DNA of 58,828 nucleotides from Desulfuromonas sp. (GCA_002869635.1 PKUF01000106.1:1-58828); one strand, 5' to 3'. Positions 37,657-50,423 are shown, counted from the first letter of the stretch. Program-made: numbers and translations. The notes: generated from the sequence alone by a model not told the origin.

Positions 37657-39192
37657 GTGCAGGGGAAAAGTGTGAAACAGGGGAGGATCTATCTCATCGG
37701 CGCCGGCCCCGGCGACCCCGGTCTGATCACCGTACGTGGCCTTGAGTGTCTGCGCCAGGCCGAGGTGGTGGTCTATGACTACCTCGCCAACCCACAACTG
37801 CTCGAGGAAGCACCGAGCGCCGAGAAAATCTATGTCGGCAAATGCCGCGGCCATCACCACCGGCCACAGGAGGAGATCAACCGCCTTCTCGTCGAACTCG
37901 GTCAAGCCGGCAAGATTGTCGCCCGCCTCAAGGGGGGGGACCCCTACCTCTTCGGCCGAGGCGGCGAAGAGGCGCTCTGCCTGCACGAGGTCGGCATCCC
38001 CTTTGAGGTGGTTCCTGGTGTCACCGCCGCCTTTGCCGCGGCGGCCTACAGCGGGATCCCCCTGACCCATCGTGACTTTACCACCAGCCTCGGCCTGATC
38101 ACCGGCCACGAAGACCCGGCCAAAAAGGTCTCACGTCTCGACTGGGAGAAGCTCGCCCAGGGGATCGGGACCCTCGTCTTCTATATGGGGATGGCGAACC
38201 TCGAACTGATCGCCCGTGAACTGATCACCCACGGTCGCGACCCACAGACCCCGGTGGCGGTAGTACGTTGGGCGACCCACCCCAGCCAGCAGACGCTGAT
38301 CTCGACTCTCGCCGAGGTCAGTCATGAGGTGGTGCGACAAAAGTTTGCGCCGCCGGCGGTCATCATCATTGGCGAAGTGGTCACGCTGCGCAATGAACTG
38401 CGCTGGTTCGACAACCGCCCTCTCTTCGGCAAGAGAGTCCTTGTCACCCGCTCTGCCGAGCAGGCCGGAAGCTTCTCGCGCCTGTTGCAGGAGCAAGGAG
38501 CGCAAGTTATCGAATGCCCGACCATCGCCTTGGTTCCGCCAGAGAGTTGGGATGAGCTCGATACGCTGCTCGCCGAAGTCGATCGCCATGACTGGCTGCT
38601 CCTGACCTCGGCCAACGCCGTGCGGACCGTCTTTGAGCGTCTTGCGGCCGCCGGGCGTGATGCCCGGGCGCTGGGGCGCTGTCGGGTCTGCGTCGTCGGC
38701 CCCAAAAGCGCGGCGATTCTTGCCGAGTACGGCATCCGCGCCGATCTCATTCCCGAGGATTACAAGGGGGAAGGGGTCGTTGCCGCCTTTGAAAAGATCG
38801 GTGTACGCGGCGCCCGTATCCTCTTCCCTCGCGCTGACAAAGCCCGCAAGGTGATCCCCGAGGGGTTGACGGCGCTCGGCGCCGAGGTCACGGCCCCCAT
38901 CGCGTATCGCAACGTTGTCCCGAAGGCTCTGCCCGAGACGGCTCGCGAGGCTCTCACTGCCGGGAAGATCGACGTGATCACCTTCACCTCCTCCTCAACA
39001 GTGGAGAACCTGGCCGCCCTGCTCGGCGTCGCCTCTCTTACCGAATCGCTTGCCGGGGTGACCGTCGCCTCCATCGGTCCGATCACCTCGACAACCTGCC
39101 GCCGTTTCGGCCTGACGGTCGACCTCGAGCCTGAAGATTACACGTTAGAGTCGTTGACGGCGGCGCTGATTTTGCACACATCCTGCGCTTGA
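37657..39192 (+). CDS. cobA-hemD: Fused uroporphyrinogen-III C-methyltransferase / uroporphyrinogen-III synthase
   Basis: N-terminal half: GRIYLIGAGPGDPGLITVRG, RLKGGDPYLFGRGGEE and VPGVTAA. C-terminal half: HemD-like LFGKRVLVTR. The start may instead be GTG 37672. Confidence 0.9.
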   Translation: MQGKSVKQGRIYLIGAGPGDPGLITVRGLECLRQAEVVVYDYLANPQLLEEAPSAEKIYVGKCRGHHHRPQEEINRLLVELGQAGKIVARLKGGDPYLFGRGGEEALCLHEVGIPFEVVPGVTAAFAAAAYSGIPLTHRDFTTSLGLITGHEDPAKKVSRLDWEKLAQGIGTLVFYMGMANLELIARELITHGRDPQTPVAVVRWATHPSQQTLISTLAEVSHEVVRQKFAPPAVIIIGEVVTLRNELRWFDNRPLFGKRVLVTRSAEQAGSFSRLLQEQGAQVIECPTIALVPPESWDELDTLLAEVDRHDWLLLTSANAVRTVFERLAAAGRDARALGRCRVCVVGPKSAAILAEYGIRADLIPEDYKGEGVVAAFEKIGVRGARILFPRADKARKVIPEGLTALGAEVTAPIAYRNVVPKALPETAREALTAGKIDVITFTSSSTVENLAALLGVASLTESLAGVTVASIGPITSTTCRRFGLTVDLEPEDYTLESLTAALILHTSCA

Positions 39193-39266
39193 GTTCGAAC
39201 ACCCAGCGTCTTTGCTCAGCCACGCTTTCGTCAATACGCTTCACAATGGTTTAACAGGGGAGATGT

Positions 39267-41675
39267 ATGGAGTTGCCCTTCACGTCGTTGGACTCACTGT
39301 CTGCGCTGCTAGATGCCTTTCCGGACAGTCTGTTCGTCCTTGATCGCAACGGATGTTTTGCCGACTATCGGACCCCGACACCGTCCCTTCTTTTGCGCCC
39401 TCCCGAGCAGTTTCTCGGTCAACATTTCAGCCAGGTTCTTCCCCCGTCTTTAAGTCACCAAACCACCGCAGCCTTTGAGAAGACCCTTGCCGGCGCGGAG
39501 CCGCAGCAGCTCGATTACAGCTTGGACATAGATGGCGAACGTCTTTTTTTTGAAGCTCGCTTCTCCTTGTTCCAAGACGACAGCGTGCTGGTCGTCATCC
39601 GCGATGTCACCGCCCTTCGCCGTTCGATGTTGCGTAAAGACAGAACCCATCGTGCTCTTGAGCAGATGATCGCGTTTTCAAGTGAGACCTTCGCCAACGA
39701 AAAAGAGCTTTTTGATGCCTTGCTGAAGATTCTGGCTGAGGCGAGTGACAGCGAGTACGGCTTTGTCGGGACGATGAACGAGGCCGAAGATGTCATGACG
39801 ATTCACGCCTGGTCGGAGAACGCGATGGCGCAGTGCGCCCTCCCCCAGAAACCGATCCTCTACCCTATTTCTGCGGGTGGGATCTGGGGTGAAGCGGTGA
39901 GGCAGCGACAAGGGGTAATCTATAACGACTATGCGGCACTCCAGCATTCGGGGAAAAAGGGCCTTCCTGAAGGGCATGTCGCCATTCAGCGGCTGATGAC
40001 CCTGCCGGCCTTTGTCGCTGGCAAGATCGTTCTGGTCGCCGCGGTGGCCAACCGCGATGACCCTTATGTCGAAGATGACCTCCTTGTGCTGCAGACGGTC
40101 CTTGGCAATGTCTCGAAAGTTCTCGAAGAATGGCGGCACCAATGGCAACTCGAAGCGAGTGAAGAGCGTTATCGGTTTCTGGCTGAATCGGTCCCCGCCG
40201 TCTCTTGGGAATACGATCTGGTGAACGATTGCTGGCCCTATGTCTCGCCGCGGGCCGAATCTCTTCTCGGCTACCCACCACAACAGTGGAAAGACTTTGC
40301 CTGGTGGGAAGAGAAGCTTCACCCCGATGATCGCGACTGGGTTCCCACTCAGTGCATGGAGTTAACCGCCAAGGGGCTTGATCACTCCTTGGAGTATCGC
40401 TTCATCCACAAAAAGGGTCGGATTGTCTGGGTCAATGAAGTGGTCAGCGTCGTCTTCGATGAAGGTCGCCCCGTGGCTCTGCGTGGCATCATGTTCGATG
40501 TGACATCGCGAAAAGAGGGGGAAGAAAAGCTCAAGCACGCCAAGGAAGAGGCCGAGACGGCCAACCGTGCCAAGAGCATCTTTCTCGCCAACATGAGCCA
40601 TGAGCTGCGCACCCCCTTAAACGGCATTCTCGGCATGCAGCAGCTGCTGGCGACGTCGCCTCTGAACGACGAACAGCGTGAACAGGTCGAGATGACCCTC
40701 TCTTCGGGCTGGCGCTTTCTCGACCTGCTCAATGATCTCATCGACCTCTCGGCAATTGAATCCGGAAATCTGCCGATGCGGCTTGAGTCTTTTGACCTTG
40801 CCGAACTGGTTCGCGGCTGCTTCTCGACACTGGAGACGATGGCGCAAACCAAGAAGCTCCGCTACCGTCTTGACTTTGACCCTGCACTTGCAAAACAGTA
40901 CGCGGGTTACCCAGCCCGCTTGCGGCAGGTCCTTTTCAACCTGCTCGGCAACGCAATTAAATTTACCGAAAAGGGGGAGATCCTCTGTTCCGTCGCGCCA
41001 ACCGCACACGGCATCGTCGCGACGATCCGTGACAGCGGAGTCGGCATGTCAAGTGAGCAGATGCAGCACCTCTTCGAACCCTTTGCTGCCGGCGAAGAGA
41101 GTTTTCAACGTAAATTCCAAGGGGCGGGTCTCGGTCTGGCCATCGTCAAACGCTTGGTCGATGTGATGGCGGGAGAGATCCAACTAAAAAGTGTTCTCCA
41201 TGAAGGGACCACGGTCGAGGTCAGCCTCCCCTTGGCGCCGGCCAGCACCGCCAAAGAACCTCAAAACGCCTCGGTCACCGCGCCGCGGTTACAGAAAGCG
41301 GCAGAACCGGCCCGGCTCCTGCTGGTTGAGGATAATGAAACCAACCGGACAATGCTCGAGAAGATGCTCCGTCTCGACGGCTACCTGGTGATGACCGCCC
41401 ACGACGGCAAGGAGGCACTCAAGGCTCTGCGCAACCACGACTTTGACCTCGTCCTTCTCGACATCCAACTCCCCGAGATGGACGGTACCGAGGTGACCAA
41501 GATCGTTCGTCAGGGGGGCGAGGAGGTCCGGAATCCTGCGATCCCCATTGTCGCCATGACCGCCTACGCCATGCCGAACGATCAAAAGACCTTTCTCGCC
41601 GCCGGAATGAACGACTACCTCGCCAAGCCACTGCGCTGGGACAAGCTGCGCCAGACTCTCACCCGGCAGCTATAA
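39267..41675 (+). CDS. Hybrid sensor histidine kinase/response regulator (PAS-GAF-PAS-HisKA-HATPase-REC)
   Basis: H-box [19 protein letters not shown]-box [13 protein letters not shown], and receiver [27 protein letters not shown]. Confidence 0.9.
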   Translation: MELPFTSLDSLSALLDAFPDSLFVLDRNGCFADYRTPTPSLLLRPPEQFLGQHFSQVLPPSLSHQTTAAFEKTLAGAEPQQLDYSLDIDGERLFFEARFSLFQDDSVLVVIRDVTALRRSMLRKDRTHRALEQMIAFSSETFANEKELFDALLKILAEASDSEYGFVGTMNEAEDVMTIHAWSENAMAQCALPQKPILYPISAGGIWGEAVRQRQGVIYNDYAALQHSGKKGLPEGHVAIQRLMTLPAFVAGKIVLVAAVANRDDPYVEDDLLVLQTVLGNVSKVLEEWRHQWQLEASEERYRFLAESVPAVSWEYDLVNDCWPYVSPRAESLLGYPPQQWKDFAWWEEKLHPDDRDWVPTQCMELTAKGLDHSLEYRFIHKKGRIVWVNEVVSVVFDEGRPVALRGIMFDVTSRKEGEEKLKHAKEEAETANRAKSIFLANMSHELRTPLNGILGMQQLLATSPLNDEQREQVEMTLSSGWRFLDLLNDLIDLSAIESGNLPMRLESFDLAELVRGCFSTLETMAQTKKLRYRLDFDPALAKQYAGYPARLRQVLFNLLGNAIKFTEKGEILCSVAPTAHGIVATIRDSGVGMSSEQMQHLFEPFAAGEESFQRKFQGAGLGLAIVKRLVDVMAGEIQLKSVLHEGTTVEVSLPLAPASTAKEPQNASVTAPRLQKAAEPARLLLVEDNETNRTMLEKMLRLDGYLVMTAHDGKEALKALRNHDFDLVLLDIQLPEMDGTEVTKIVRQGGEEVRNPAIPIVAMTAYAMPNDQKTFLAAGMNDYLAKPLRWDKLRQTLTRQL

Positions 41676-41783
41676 TGCGAACCAACCCAAAGCTTAGAAC
41701 TCCATCACTCCGCACTTTTATGATATGGTAACGTTCCACGGTCCCTTAGGGTGCCGAGATGACACTTACGAAGGAGGTTACTC

Positions 41784-42755
41784 ATGTTCTTCCCCGAATA
41801 TCGTGCCCGCCGGACCCGGCGTGATGCCAACCTGCGCCGTATGGTGCGGGAGACCCACCTGCGGGTGGATGACCTGATCTACCCCATGTTCTCGGCTTTT
41901 GGTGAGAATATCAAAAAAGAGATCCCCTCGATGCCGGGGATCTATCAGCAGTCGATCGAGAACATCGTCGCCGAGGCGAAAGAAGTCTATGAGCTCGGCA
42001 TTCCGGCGGTGATCCTCTTCGGGATTCCTGAGGCCAAAGACGCCGTCGGCTCCGACGCTTACAGCGAGACCGGGATCATCCAGGAGACGATCCGCGCCAT
42101 CAAGAAAGCGGTCCCTGAGCTGACGGTGATCACCGACGTCTGCATGTGTGAGTACACCGACCACGGCCACTGCGGCATCATCCACGAGGGGGATGTCGAC
42201 AACGACGAGACCCTCAAGCTCCTCGCCGCCGAGGCGCTCTCCCACGCCCAGGCCGGGGCCGACATCGTCGCCCCAAGCGACATGATGGACGGCCGCGTCG
42301 CCGCCATCCGCGAGATCCTTGATGCCAACGGCTTCTCGCACATCCCGGTGATGAGCTACGCCGTCAAGTACGCCAGCGCCTACTACGGCCCGTTCCGCGA
42401 CGCCGCCGACTCGACCCCTCAGTTTGGTGATCGCCGCTCCTACCAGATGGATCCGGCCAACCGGCGTGAGGCATTTCGCGAGGCGGCCCTCGACGTCACT
42501 GAGTGCGCCGACTTTCTGATGGTCAAGCCGGCTCTTTCCTATCTCGATATTTTGCGTGACATCAAGGATCGTTTTGATCTGCCGCTGGTCGCCTACAATG
42601 TGTCGGGGGAGTATTCGATGATCAAGGCCGCTGCCGAGAAGGGATGGATTGACGGTGACCGGGTCATGCTCGAGACCCTGCTCGGCATGAAACGCGCCGG
42701 TGCCGATCTCATCATTACCTACCACGCCAAAGAAGCGGCGGCGCTGCTGAAGTAA
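41784..42755 (+). CDS. hemB: Porphobilinogen synthase (delta-aminolevulinate dehydratase)
   Basis: [40 protein letters not shown], and MVKPA..YLDI. Confidence 0.95.
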   Translation: MFFPEYRARRTRRDANLRRMVRETHLRVDDLIYPMFSAFGENIKKEIPSMPGIYQQSIENIVAEAKEVYELGIPAVILFGIPEAKDAVGSDAYSETGIIQETIRAIKKAVPELTVITDVCMCEYTDHGHCGIIHEGDVDNDETLKLLAAEALSHAQAGADIVAPSDMMDGRVAAIREILDANGFSHIPVMSYAVKYASAYYGPFRDAADSTPQFGDRRSYQMDPANRREAFREAALDVTECADFLMVKPALSYLDILRDIKDRFDLPLVAYNVSGEYSMIKAAAEKGWIDGDRVMLETLLGMKRAGADLIITYHAKEAAALLK

Positions 42756-42791
42756 AAACGGGGCACCCGTTCTTCGGGCGCCCCGACCGTC

Positions 42792-43154
42792 TCAGGCGTG
42801 AGTGTTACCGTCGGTTTCGGCATCGAAAATGGTCATGAGGCTCTCAGGCGTGTAGGGATATTCGTCGGTACGCTCGAAACCGTCGCGATCGGTGTGAGTC
42901 CAGACCACCGTATCGCCCTTGGTGCGATGCTCGAGGTGGACCCGGCCCGTTGCCTGTACCTCGACCTGATGCCACATGGCGTCCATATCGAGCAGGTCGT
43001 AGCCGGCGAACTCCTGCCGGTTCTCGAGATGATCGAGGAAAGCGTCAAGGGTTTCGTAGTCGGCGAAGTCGTTTTCGCGCCGGAACCAACGAATGAAATG
43101 GTGTTGCGGGGAGCGTTGAGTGGCAAGTTGTTCGCGTAGTTCGAGGCCGTTCAT
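42792..43154 (-). CDS. Hypothetical acidic protein
   Basis: A 120-aa ORF with a strong AGGAGGAGACC before the ATG at 43154. No recognisable motif. Confidence 0.5.
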   Translation of the reverse strand: MNGLELREQLATQRSPQHHFIRWFRRENDFADYETLDAFLDHLENRQEFAGYDLLDMDAMWHQVEVQATGRVHLEHRTKGDTVVWTHTDRDGFERTDEYPYTPESLMTIFDAETDGNTHA

Positions 43155-43280
43155 GGTCTCCTCCTTTCTGGCCGGGCGACCCGGCCTCTGGTGTGAAGCC
43201 TCTACCACCACTCAACCATGTTTTCTCCCGCCGTCAAGGCCTCTCGGCGGCGATTTTCGCTGATATGACAGGGGGATACG

Positions 43281-43559
43281 ATGCGTCTTAATGATGAGCA
43301 AATCATCCGCTTGGCCAACGGGGTCTTTGACGCCTTGAGCCGCTCGGGACAGATGACCCTCAAGGCAGAGCAGGGACTGGTCGTCGCTCGTCTTGCCGAA
43401 ACGATTCGTGAAGACCTTGCGGGTGAACAGGGGCTTGATGAGGAGGCGCGCAAGCTGCTTGATGCCCATCTCGCCAAGGCACCGCCGGGGGTTGATCGGC
43501 AGAAGCTCTTCATCATGATCAAGCAGAAACTGGCGCAAGAGCGGGGGATCGAGCTATGA
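43281..43559 (+). CDS. DUF507-family protein (copy 1)
   Basis: MRLNDEQIIRLANGVFDAL.......LKAEQG... resembles DUF507. 92 aa, overlapping the next gene by 4 nt. Confidence 0.65.
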   Translation: MRLNDEQIIRLANGVFDALSRSGQMTLKAEQGLVVARLAETIREDLAGEQGLDEEARKLLDAHLAKAPPGVDRQKLFIMIKQKLAQERGIEL

Positions 43560-43822
43560 AACTCTCACCGGGGCGGATCTCCCACCTTTCACACCTGATG
43601 CTGCAACGTCTCTGGCGTGACGATCTCGCTGATTTCAAGGATGAGGCCGAGGCGTTGCGGCTGGTCAAGGAGACGTTGACCCGCATCCTCTCGGTCGATG
43701 ATCAGGTCGACACCCTGGTGCGGCAGAAGCTCACGCGCCAGAAGAAGGTGACGGGCAGCCGCGAATGGCAGATTCTCTACGACAAATACTTCCGCGAGGA
43801 AATGGACCGACGCAAATGGTAA
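43556..43822 (+). CDS. DUF507-family protein (copy 2)
   Basis: ISHLSHLMLQRLWRDDLADFKDEAEALRLVKETL..VDDQVD..VRQKL. 88 aa. Confidence 0.65.
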   Translation: MKLSPGRISHLSHLMLQRLWRDDLADFKDEAEALRLVKETLTRILSVDDQVDTLVRQKLTRQKKVTGSREWQILYDKYFREEMDRRKW

Positions 43823-44346
43823 AACGCCTCTTCCCTCTGTTGCTCACGTTGCTTCTACTTGCCGCCTGTGCGGCGCCGCAACCGCGCCTTGAGATGACCG
43901 CCGCCCCCTCAGAGCTCCCCGCCGAGGGGACAATCTATATCCTCCCCTTCCTCACCATCATGGTGCCGGACGGGGTTCGCGAGGGGATCTTCGATCGCTT
44001 CGTCGATGAGCTCAATCAGCAGGCCGGGGGTGCCGGCTACCGTTTCGTCATCCTCAAAGAGGGGCGCGGGGTCGATGCCGCCTGGCTGCAACAGCATGCG
44101 TACCTGCGCGGCGAGATCTTCGGCTATGTCGAGGATTCGGGCTGCTGCAACACCTCACTGCGACTGCGCAGCCGCCTCGCCTTCTACCTCCCCGAGCGCG
44201 AAGAGGCGGCGCTCACAATTAATTATCCCCGTGAACTCTTCTTTGACCACGACAGCACAACGGTCGATGCTGAGCGTATTCACCTCGCCGACGACATCAC
44301 CCGTGGCCTCGCCGAGACCTTTTTGGCCCAACTCCTCACACCGTAA
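43816..44346 (+). CDS. Lipoprotein of unknown function
   Basis: MVKRLFPLLLTLLLLAACAAP carries a lipobox (LLAAC). The start overlaps the previous stop. Confidence 0.65.
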   Translation: MVKRLFPLLLTLLLLAACAAPQPRLEMTAAPSELPAEGTIYILPFLTIMVPDGVREGIFDRFVDELNQQAGGAGYRFVILKEGRGVDAAWLQQHAYLRGEIFGYVEDSGCCNTSLRLRSRLAFYLPEREEAALTINYPRELFFDHDSTTVDAERIHLADDITRGLAETFLAQLLTP

Positions 44347-44368
44347 GCCCCTTTTCTAAAAATCCCCC

Positions 44369-44396
44369 TTGACATTATGGCAGGGCTGATTATATT
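44369..44396 (+). promoter_or_regulatory. Sigma-70-type groESL promoter candidate TTGACA-N16-TATATT
   Basis: Consensus -35 at 44369-44374 and TATATT at 44391-44396, immediately upstream of CIRCE. Confidence 0.6.
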
Positions 44397-44407
44397 TACC
44401 GTCGCTA

Positions 44408-44434
44408 TTAGCACTCGACTTTATGGAGTGCTAA
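44408..44434. promoter_or_regulatory. CIRCE operator (HrcA binding site)
   Basis: A perfect TTAGCACTC-N9-GAGTGCTAA. Confidence 0.95.
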
Positions 44435-44547
44435 TAGCGGCCCGGAAGCCCGGTGCGGCAAGCCCGCTTCCGGCTTCACCCTCTTTTGGGTTTATCTAGG
44501 GGCATGACCCCGATACTCATCCGTTTCATTGGAAAGGAGACAGACGC

Positions 44548-44838
44548 ATGAACATCAGACCTATGCAAGATCGCATTATCGTCGAGCGGCTCGAGGAAGA
44601 GACCGTCACCGCGGGTGGCCTCATCATCCCTGACAGCGCCAAAGAGAAGCCGCAGCAGGGACAGGTTGTCGCGGTCGGCAACGGCAAGAAAACCGATGAC
44701 GGCAAGGTGATTCCTCTCGACGTCAAGGTTGGCGACAAGGTTCTTTTCGGCAAGTACTCGGGGACCGAGGTCAAAGTCGAAGGGAAAGAGTATCTCATGA
44801 TGCGCGAGGATGACATCCTCGGCGTTGTTGTCGAGTAA
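44548..44838 (+). CDS. groES: Co-chaperonin GroES
   Basis: [44 protein letters not shown].. Confidence 0.97.
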   Translation: MNIRPMQDRIIVERLEEETVTAGGLIIPDSAKEKPQQGQVVAVGNGKKTDDGKVIPLDVKVGDKVLFGKYSGTEVKVEGKEYLMMREDDILGVVVE

Positions 44839-44856
44839 GCGTCCTTATCCACCTGA

Positions 44857-46515
<1,659 letters not shown>

Positions 46516-46540
46516 TCAGCCCCGACGTTCAGCATGAGAA

Positions 46541-46573
46541 AGCCCCCGGCACCTTGGTGCCGGGGGCTTTTTT
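46541..46573 (+). terminator. groESL rho-independent terminator
   Basis: AGCCCCCGGCA..TGCCGGGGGCT followed by TTTTT. Confidence 0.85.
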
Positions 46574-46635
46574 GTCACTGGATCTTTGCCTGATGATATG
46601 CCAGAGTACGATAAATCGACACCTTGAGGTCTCTC

Positions 46636-47517
46636 ATGTCTGAAACCACCTTTGCCTTGATCGGCCCCGGACGGGTCGGTCGCAGCATCGCCTACCGCCT
46701 GGTTCAGGACGGCTATCATCTGAGCGCTATCATTTCCCGTTCACTCTCCCGCGCTAAAGAAGCGGCCACCTTTGTTGGTGCGACAGGATGCGCCAGCTGT
46801 GATCTCTCCGCCGTCACCCATGCCGATATCGTGCTGCTGGCCGTGGCCGACGATCAGATCGCCACGGTCGCCGAAGAACTTGCCGCCCGCAAGATCATCA
46901 AGACGGAGACGCTACTCGTTCACTTCAGCGGTCTGCACCCTGCAGTGATCTTGCGCCCCAAAGGAGGTCTCGGGCGAGTAGCTTCGATCCACCACTTGCT
47001 CTCATTTGCAGAACCGGAGCGGGCGGTGGTGGCGTTGAGCGGTACCCCCTGCGCCATCGAGGGGGATGCGGCGGCACTGGCCGAGGCCGAAACGCTGGTG
47101 CGCGCTTGGGGGGGAGAGCCGTTTCGCCTCGCCTCCGAACATAAAGGGCTCTACCACGCCGCCGCCTGCGTTGCCTCCAACTTTCAGGTCACCCTCGCCG
47201 CCCTGGCCCGTGACCTGCTCGCCCCCTGCGGCCTCGACGCCGAAGCGGCCCGTGCCCTGCTGCTGCCGATTCAGCAAGCGACCAGCGCCAACCTCGCCCA
47301 ACTCCCCCCCGAAAGCGCCCTCACCGGCCCCATCGTTCGTGGTGATTTCGGCACGGTGCAGGCCCACTTGCACGCTCTTACCCAAACGGTACCGCAGGCC
47401 CTCTCCCTCTATCGACAACTCGGTTTGGCGACCGTCGCGTTGGCCGAGACGAGCGGACGCCTTCCTGCTGACGCCGCCAGACGTCTGCGTCAAGAATTAT
47501 CGACCGACGCCCCTTGA
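46636..47517 (+). CDS. Rossmann-fold / DUF2520 domain protein (predicted oxidoreductase)
   Basis: FALIGPGRVGRSIA and C-terminal ..LTGPIVRGDFGTVQAHL.. (DUF2520-like). Confidence 0.7.
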   Translation: MSETTFALIGPGRVGRSIAYRLVQDGYHLSAIISRSLSRAKEAATFVGATGCASCDLSAVTHADIVLLAVADDQIATVAEELAARKIIKTETLLVHFSGLHPAVILRPKGGLGRVASIHHLLSFAEPERAVVALSGTPCAIEGDAAALAEAETLVRAWGGEPFRLASEHKGLYHAAACVASNFQVTLAALARDLLAPCGLDAEAARALLLPIQQATSANLAQLPPESALTGPIVRGDFGTVQAHLHALTQTVPQALSLYRQLGLATVALAETSGRLPADAARRLRQELSTDAP

Positions 47518-47586
47518 CATTCCAACGGGTCAGTAGCAGGTTAAAAGCCACAACCTCACTTTATCGCCCCGGGAGTCTCCTTCCCC

Positions 47587-49050
47587 ATGCGCCTAACCCT
47601 GAAGATCACCATCGCCATCCTCCTCGGGGTGGCCCTGCTCTTTTCGATCCACAGCTACCTCTCGATTCAACGGGAAAGAGCTGAACTCAAAGAGCGCCTC
47701 AGTCGCGAAGCCCGACATCTCGGAACCACCCTACGCAATCTGGGAGGTGAGATCTGGCGCAGCGGCGGCGAACGGGCCGCCCTCGCTTTCTTTGAAAGCA
47801 GCAACATCGCCAGCGGCCCCCTCAGAGTCCGCTGGGTCTGGCTCGACAGAGCGGCCTCTCCCCGCACCCAACCGCAGATCCCTCTGAGCAAACTGGAAGC
47901 ACTGCAGCGAGGAGAGTCCCTCTCTCTCCTCGCTGAATCACAAGATGGGCACGATTACCTTCTCACCTACCTCCCCCTCTCCTCCCCCCAAGGGCGGCTC
48001 GGCGCCATTGAACTGAGTGAATCGCTCGACGAACTGCACGGTTATGTTGAAGAGAGCTTGCGCCGCTCGGCTTGGCTTCTGGTTGCTACGGTCGGTTCAG
48101 GCCTGTTGCTGATGACCCTGCTCGGCAGTCTCTGGATCAATCGCCCGGTACGGCGGCTGTCCGAACAGGCGCGACGCATCGGCAGCGGTGATTTCTCCAC
48201 TGCGGTGACCGTTTCGGGACGGGATGAACTCGCCGCCCTCGGCCAGACCATCGACGGAATGCGGCAGCAACTCGCCGACGCCCGCGAGGCGGAACAGGCC
48301 GCCACCCGTGAAAAGTTCGACGCTCTTGAGAAGCTGCGCCATACCGAGCGCCTCGCGACCCTCGGCCGACTTTCCGCCGGCATGGCACATGAGCTCGGCA
48401 CCCCACTCAACGTTATCTCGGGACGGGCCCGGCTCATCGCCGACCCCGATCTCCCCTCTGATGAAGTTACCCGATCAGCCAGAATCATCGACGATCAGGC
48501 GGAGCGGATGACAGTGATCATGCGCCAGCTCCTCGACTTTGCCCGCCGCGGCACAGCGCGTAAGGAGTCCGTGGAGTTAGCCGCAGTCATACGCAGCGTT
48601 GTCGATCTCCTCGCCCCAACCGCCCGCAAACAGGGGGTCACTCTGAGAGTCACCGAAGAGCTCCCCGCCGTGCGGGTCGAGGCCGATCCGGGACAGATTC
48701 AACAGGTTCTACTCAACCTCGCCCTCAACGGCATTCAGGCAATGTCACAAGGGGGAGAACTACAGCTGGATCTGCTCTCTGAGGCTCAGCCCACCGAGCC
48801 GCAGAAGGTAAGAGAAGGATCGTGGTGTGCATTGATGGTCAGGGATCAGGGAGAAGGAATCGCACCGGAACATCTCACCCAGATCTTCGATCCCTTTTTC
48901 ACCACCAAAGATGTCGGGCAGGGGACTGGCCTCGGCCTCTCTATCGCCTACGGTATCGTTGAGGAACATGGCGGCAAAATCACCGTTGAGAGCACACCGC
49001 AGCAGGGGAGTTGCTTCACCATCACCCTCCCCCGGAAGGAGGCCGCATGA
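47587..49050 (+). CDS. Membrane sensor histidine kinase (2 TM with a periplasmic loop, HAMP, HisKA, HATPase_c), NtrB/AtoS-like
   Basis: H-box [18 protein letters not shown]-box [12 protein letters not shown], and G-boxes DQGEGI and [13 protein letters not shown]. Confidence 0.9.
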   Translation: MRLTLKITIAILLGVALLFSIHSYLSIQRERAELKERLSREARHLGTTLRNLGGEIWRSGGERAALAFFESSNIASGPLRVRWVWLDRAASPRTQPQIPLSKLEALQRGESLSLLAESQDGHDYLLTYLPLSSPQGRLGAIELSESLDELHGYVEESLRRSAWLLVATVGSGLLLMTLLGSLWINRPVRRLSEQARRIGSGDFSTAVTVSGRDELAALGQTIDGMRQQLADAREAEQAATREKFDALEKLRHTERLATLGRLSAGMAHELGTPLNVISGRARLIADPDLPSDEVTRSARIIDDQAERMTVIMRQLLDFARRGTARKESVELAAVIRSVVDLLAPTARKQGVTLRVTEELPAVRVEADPGQIQQVLLNLALNGIQAMSQGGELQLDLLSEAQPTEPQKVREGSWCALMVRDQGEGIAPEHLTQIFDPFFTTKDVGQGTGLGLSIAYGIVEEHGGKITVESTPQQGSCFTITLPRKEAA

Positions 49051-50414
49051 GTTCATCCCAGCCGCAGGGACGGCTGCTCATCGTCGATGATGAAGCGGCG
49101 ATGTGCGAGTTGCTCGAAGAGACCTTGCGGCGCCGCGGGCATCAGGTCGTCAGCGCTCCGACCGTGGCAAAAGCGATCGAGCTGCTGCATCAGCAGGAGA
49201 TCGACGTCGTCCTGACGGACCTCAACCTCCCCGGTCGCAGCGGCATCGAACTCTGTGCCGATCTGCATAATAATCGCCCCGACCTGCCGGTGCTGATCAT
49301 GACCGCCTTCGGCTCGCTTGAAACCGCCACCGCCGCCCTACGTGCCGGCGCCTACGACTTCGTCACCAAGCCGATCGACACCGACCTGCTCGGTTTTGCC
49401 CTCGAGCGGGCCCTGGGTCATCGAAAAATGCAGGAACAGATCCGCCTGCTCCACGCCCGCATTAACGCTCAAAACGACCAGGACGCACTCATTGGCGAGA
49501 GTCCGGCACTGCTCAAAGTGAAGGAACAGATCCGCCGCGTCGCCGATCTCGACACCTCGGTCCTCATTGCCGGCGAAAGCGGTACCGGCAAGGAGCTGGT
49601 CGCCCGCGCCTTGCACCGCCAAAGCCACCGCAGCAAGGGGCCATTTGTCGCCATCAACTGCGCCGCCCTGCCTGAGACACTGCTTGAGAGCGAGCTCTTC
49701 GGCCACGTTCGCGGCGCCTTCACCGACGCCCGCGACAACCGCAGCGGGCTCTTTCTTGAGGCGAATGGCGGCACCCTCTTTCTTGACGAGATCGGCGAAC
49801 TGCCGCTGCCGCTACAACCGAAGCTGTTGCGGGTTCTTGAGGAGCGCCGGGTCCGGCCACTTGGCGGGAGTCAGGAGTTCTCCTGCGATGTACGGATCGT
49901 CGCTGCCAGTCATCGCGATCTTGAGGAGGCGGTGCGACAGGGGGCATTTCGCGCCGACCTCTTCTACCGCCTCGACGTCATCCGTCTTGATCTCCCTCCG
50001 TTAAGAACACGGGGGAACGACGTCCTTTTGCTCGCTCAGCTTTTTATCGACGAACTCGCCAATCGCTTCAACAAGTCAGTGCGGGGGATCGCCGAACCGG
50101 CGGCGATGCGGCTGCTGGCGCACCGCTGGCCGGGGAACGTGCGGGAGCTGCGTAACGTTATCGAACGGGCTCTCGCCCTGACCCTGCACGACCGCATCAC
50201 CGTCGAGGATCTGCCAAGCGCGCTGCAACAGCCCAAAGCTATCGCCACGCCATGCGGATTCGGCAGCGCTCCCGGCGACCTGCTCCCCCTCGCGACCATG
50301 GAACAGCGCTACATTGAGCAGGTCCTCGACCACGTCGGCGGCAACCGCACCCTCGCCGCCCGTATCCTCGGGATTGACCGCAAAACACTCTACCGTAAAC
50401 TGAAGGAAGAGTAG
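49047..50414 (+). CDS. Sigma-54-dependent response regulator (REC-AAA+-Fis HTH, NtrC family)
   Basis: LLIVDDE..VLTDLNLPG, GESGTGKE, GAFTDA (a GAFTGA variant), and C-terminal NRTLAARILGIDRKTLYRKL. An ATGA overlaps the kinase stop. Confidence 0.92.
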   Translation: MSSSQPQGRLLIVDDEAAMCELLEETLRRRGHQVVSAPTVAKAIELLHQQEIDVVLTDLNLPGRSGIELCADLHNNRPDLPVLIMTAFGSLETATAALRAGAYDFVTKPIDTDLLGFALERALGHRKMQEQIRLLHARINAQNDQDALIGESPALLKVKEQIRRVADLDTSVLIAGESGTGKELVARALHRQSHRSKGPFVAINCAALPETLLESELFGHVRGAFTDARDNRSGLFLEANGGTLFLDEIGELPLPLQPKLLRVLEERRVRPLGGSQEFSCDVRIVAASHRDLEEAVRQGAFRADLFYRLDVIRLDLPPLRTRGNDVLLLAQLFIDELANRFNKSVRGIAEPAAMRLLAHRWPGNVRELRNVIERALALTLHDRITVEDLPSALQQPKAIATPCGFGSAPGDLLPLATMEQRYIEQVLDHVGGNRTLAARILGIDRKTLYRKLKEE

Positions 50415-50423
50415 ATCAGCAAA

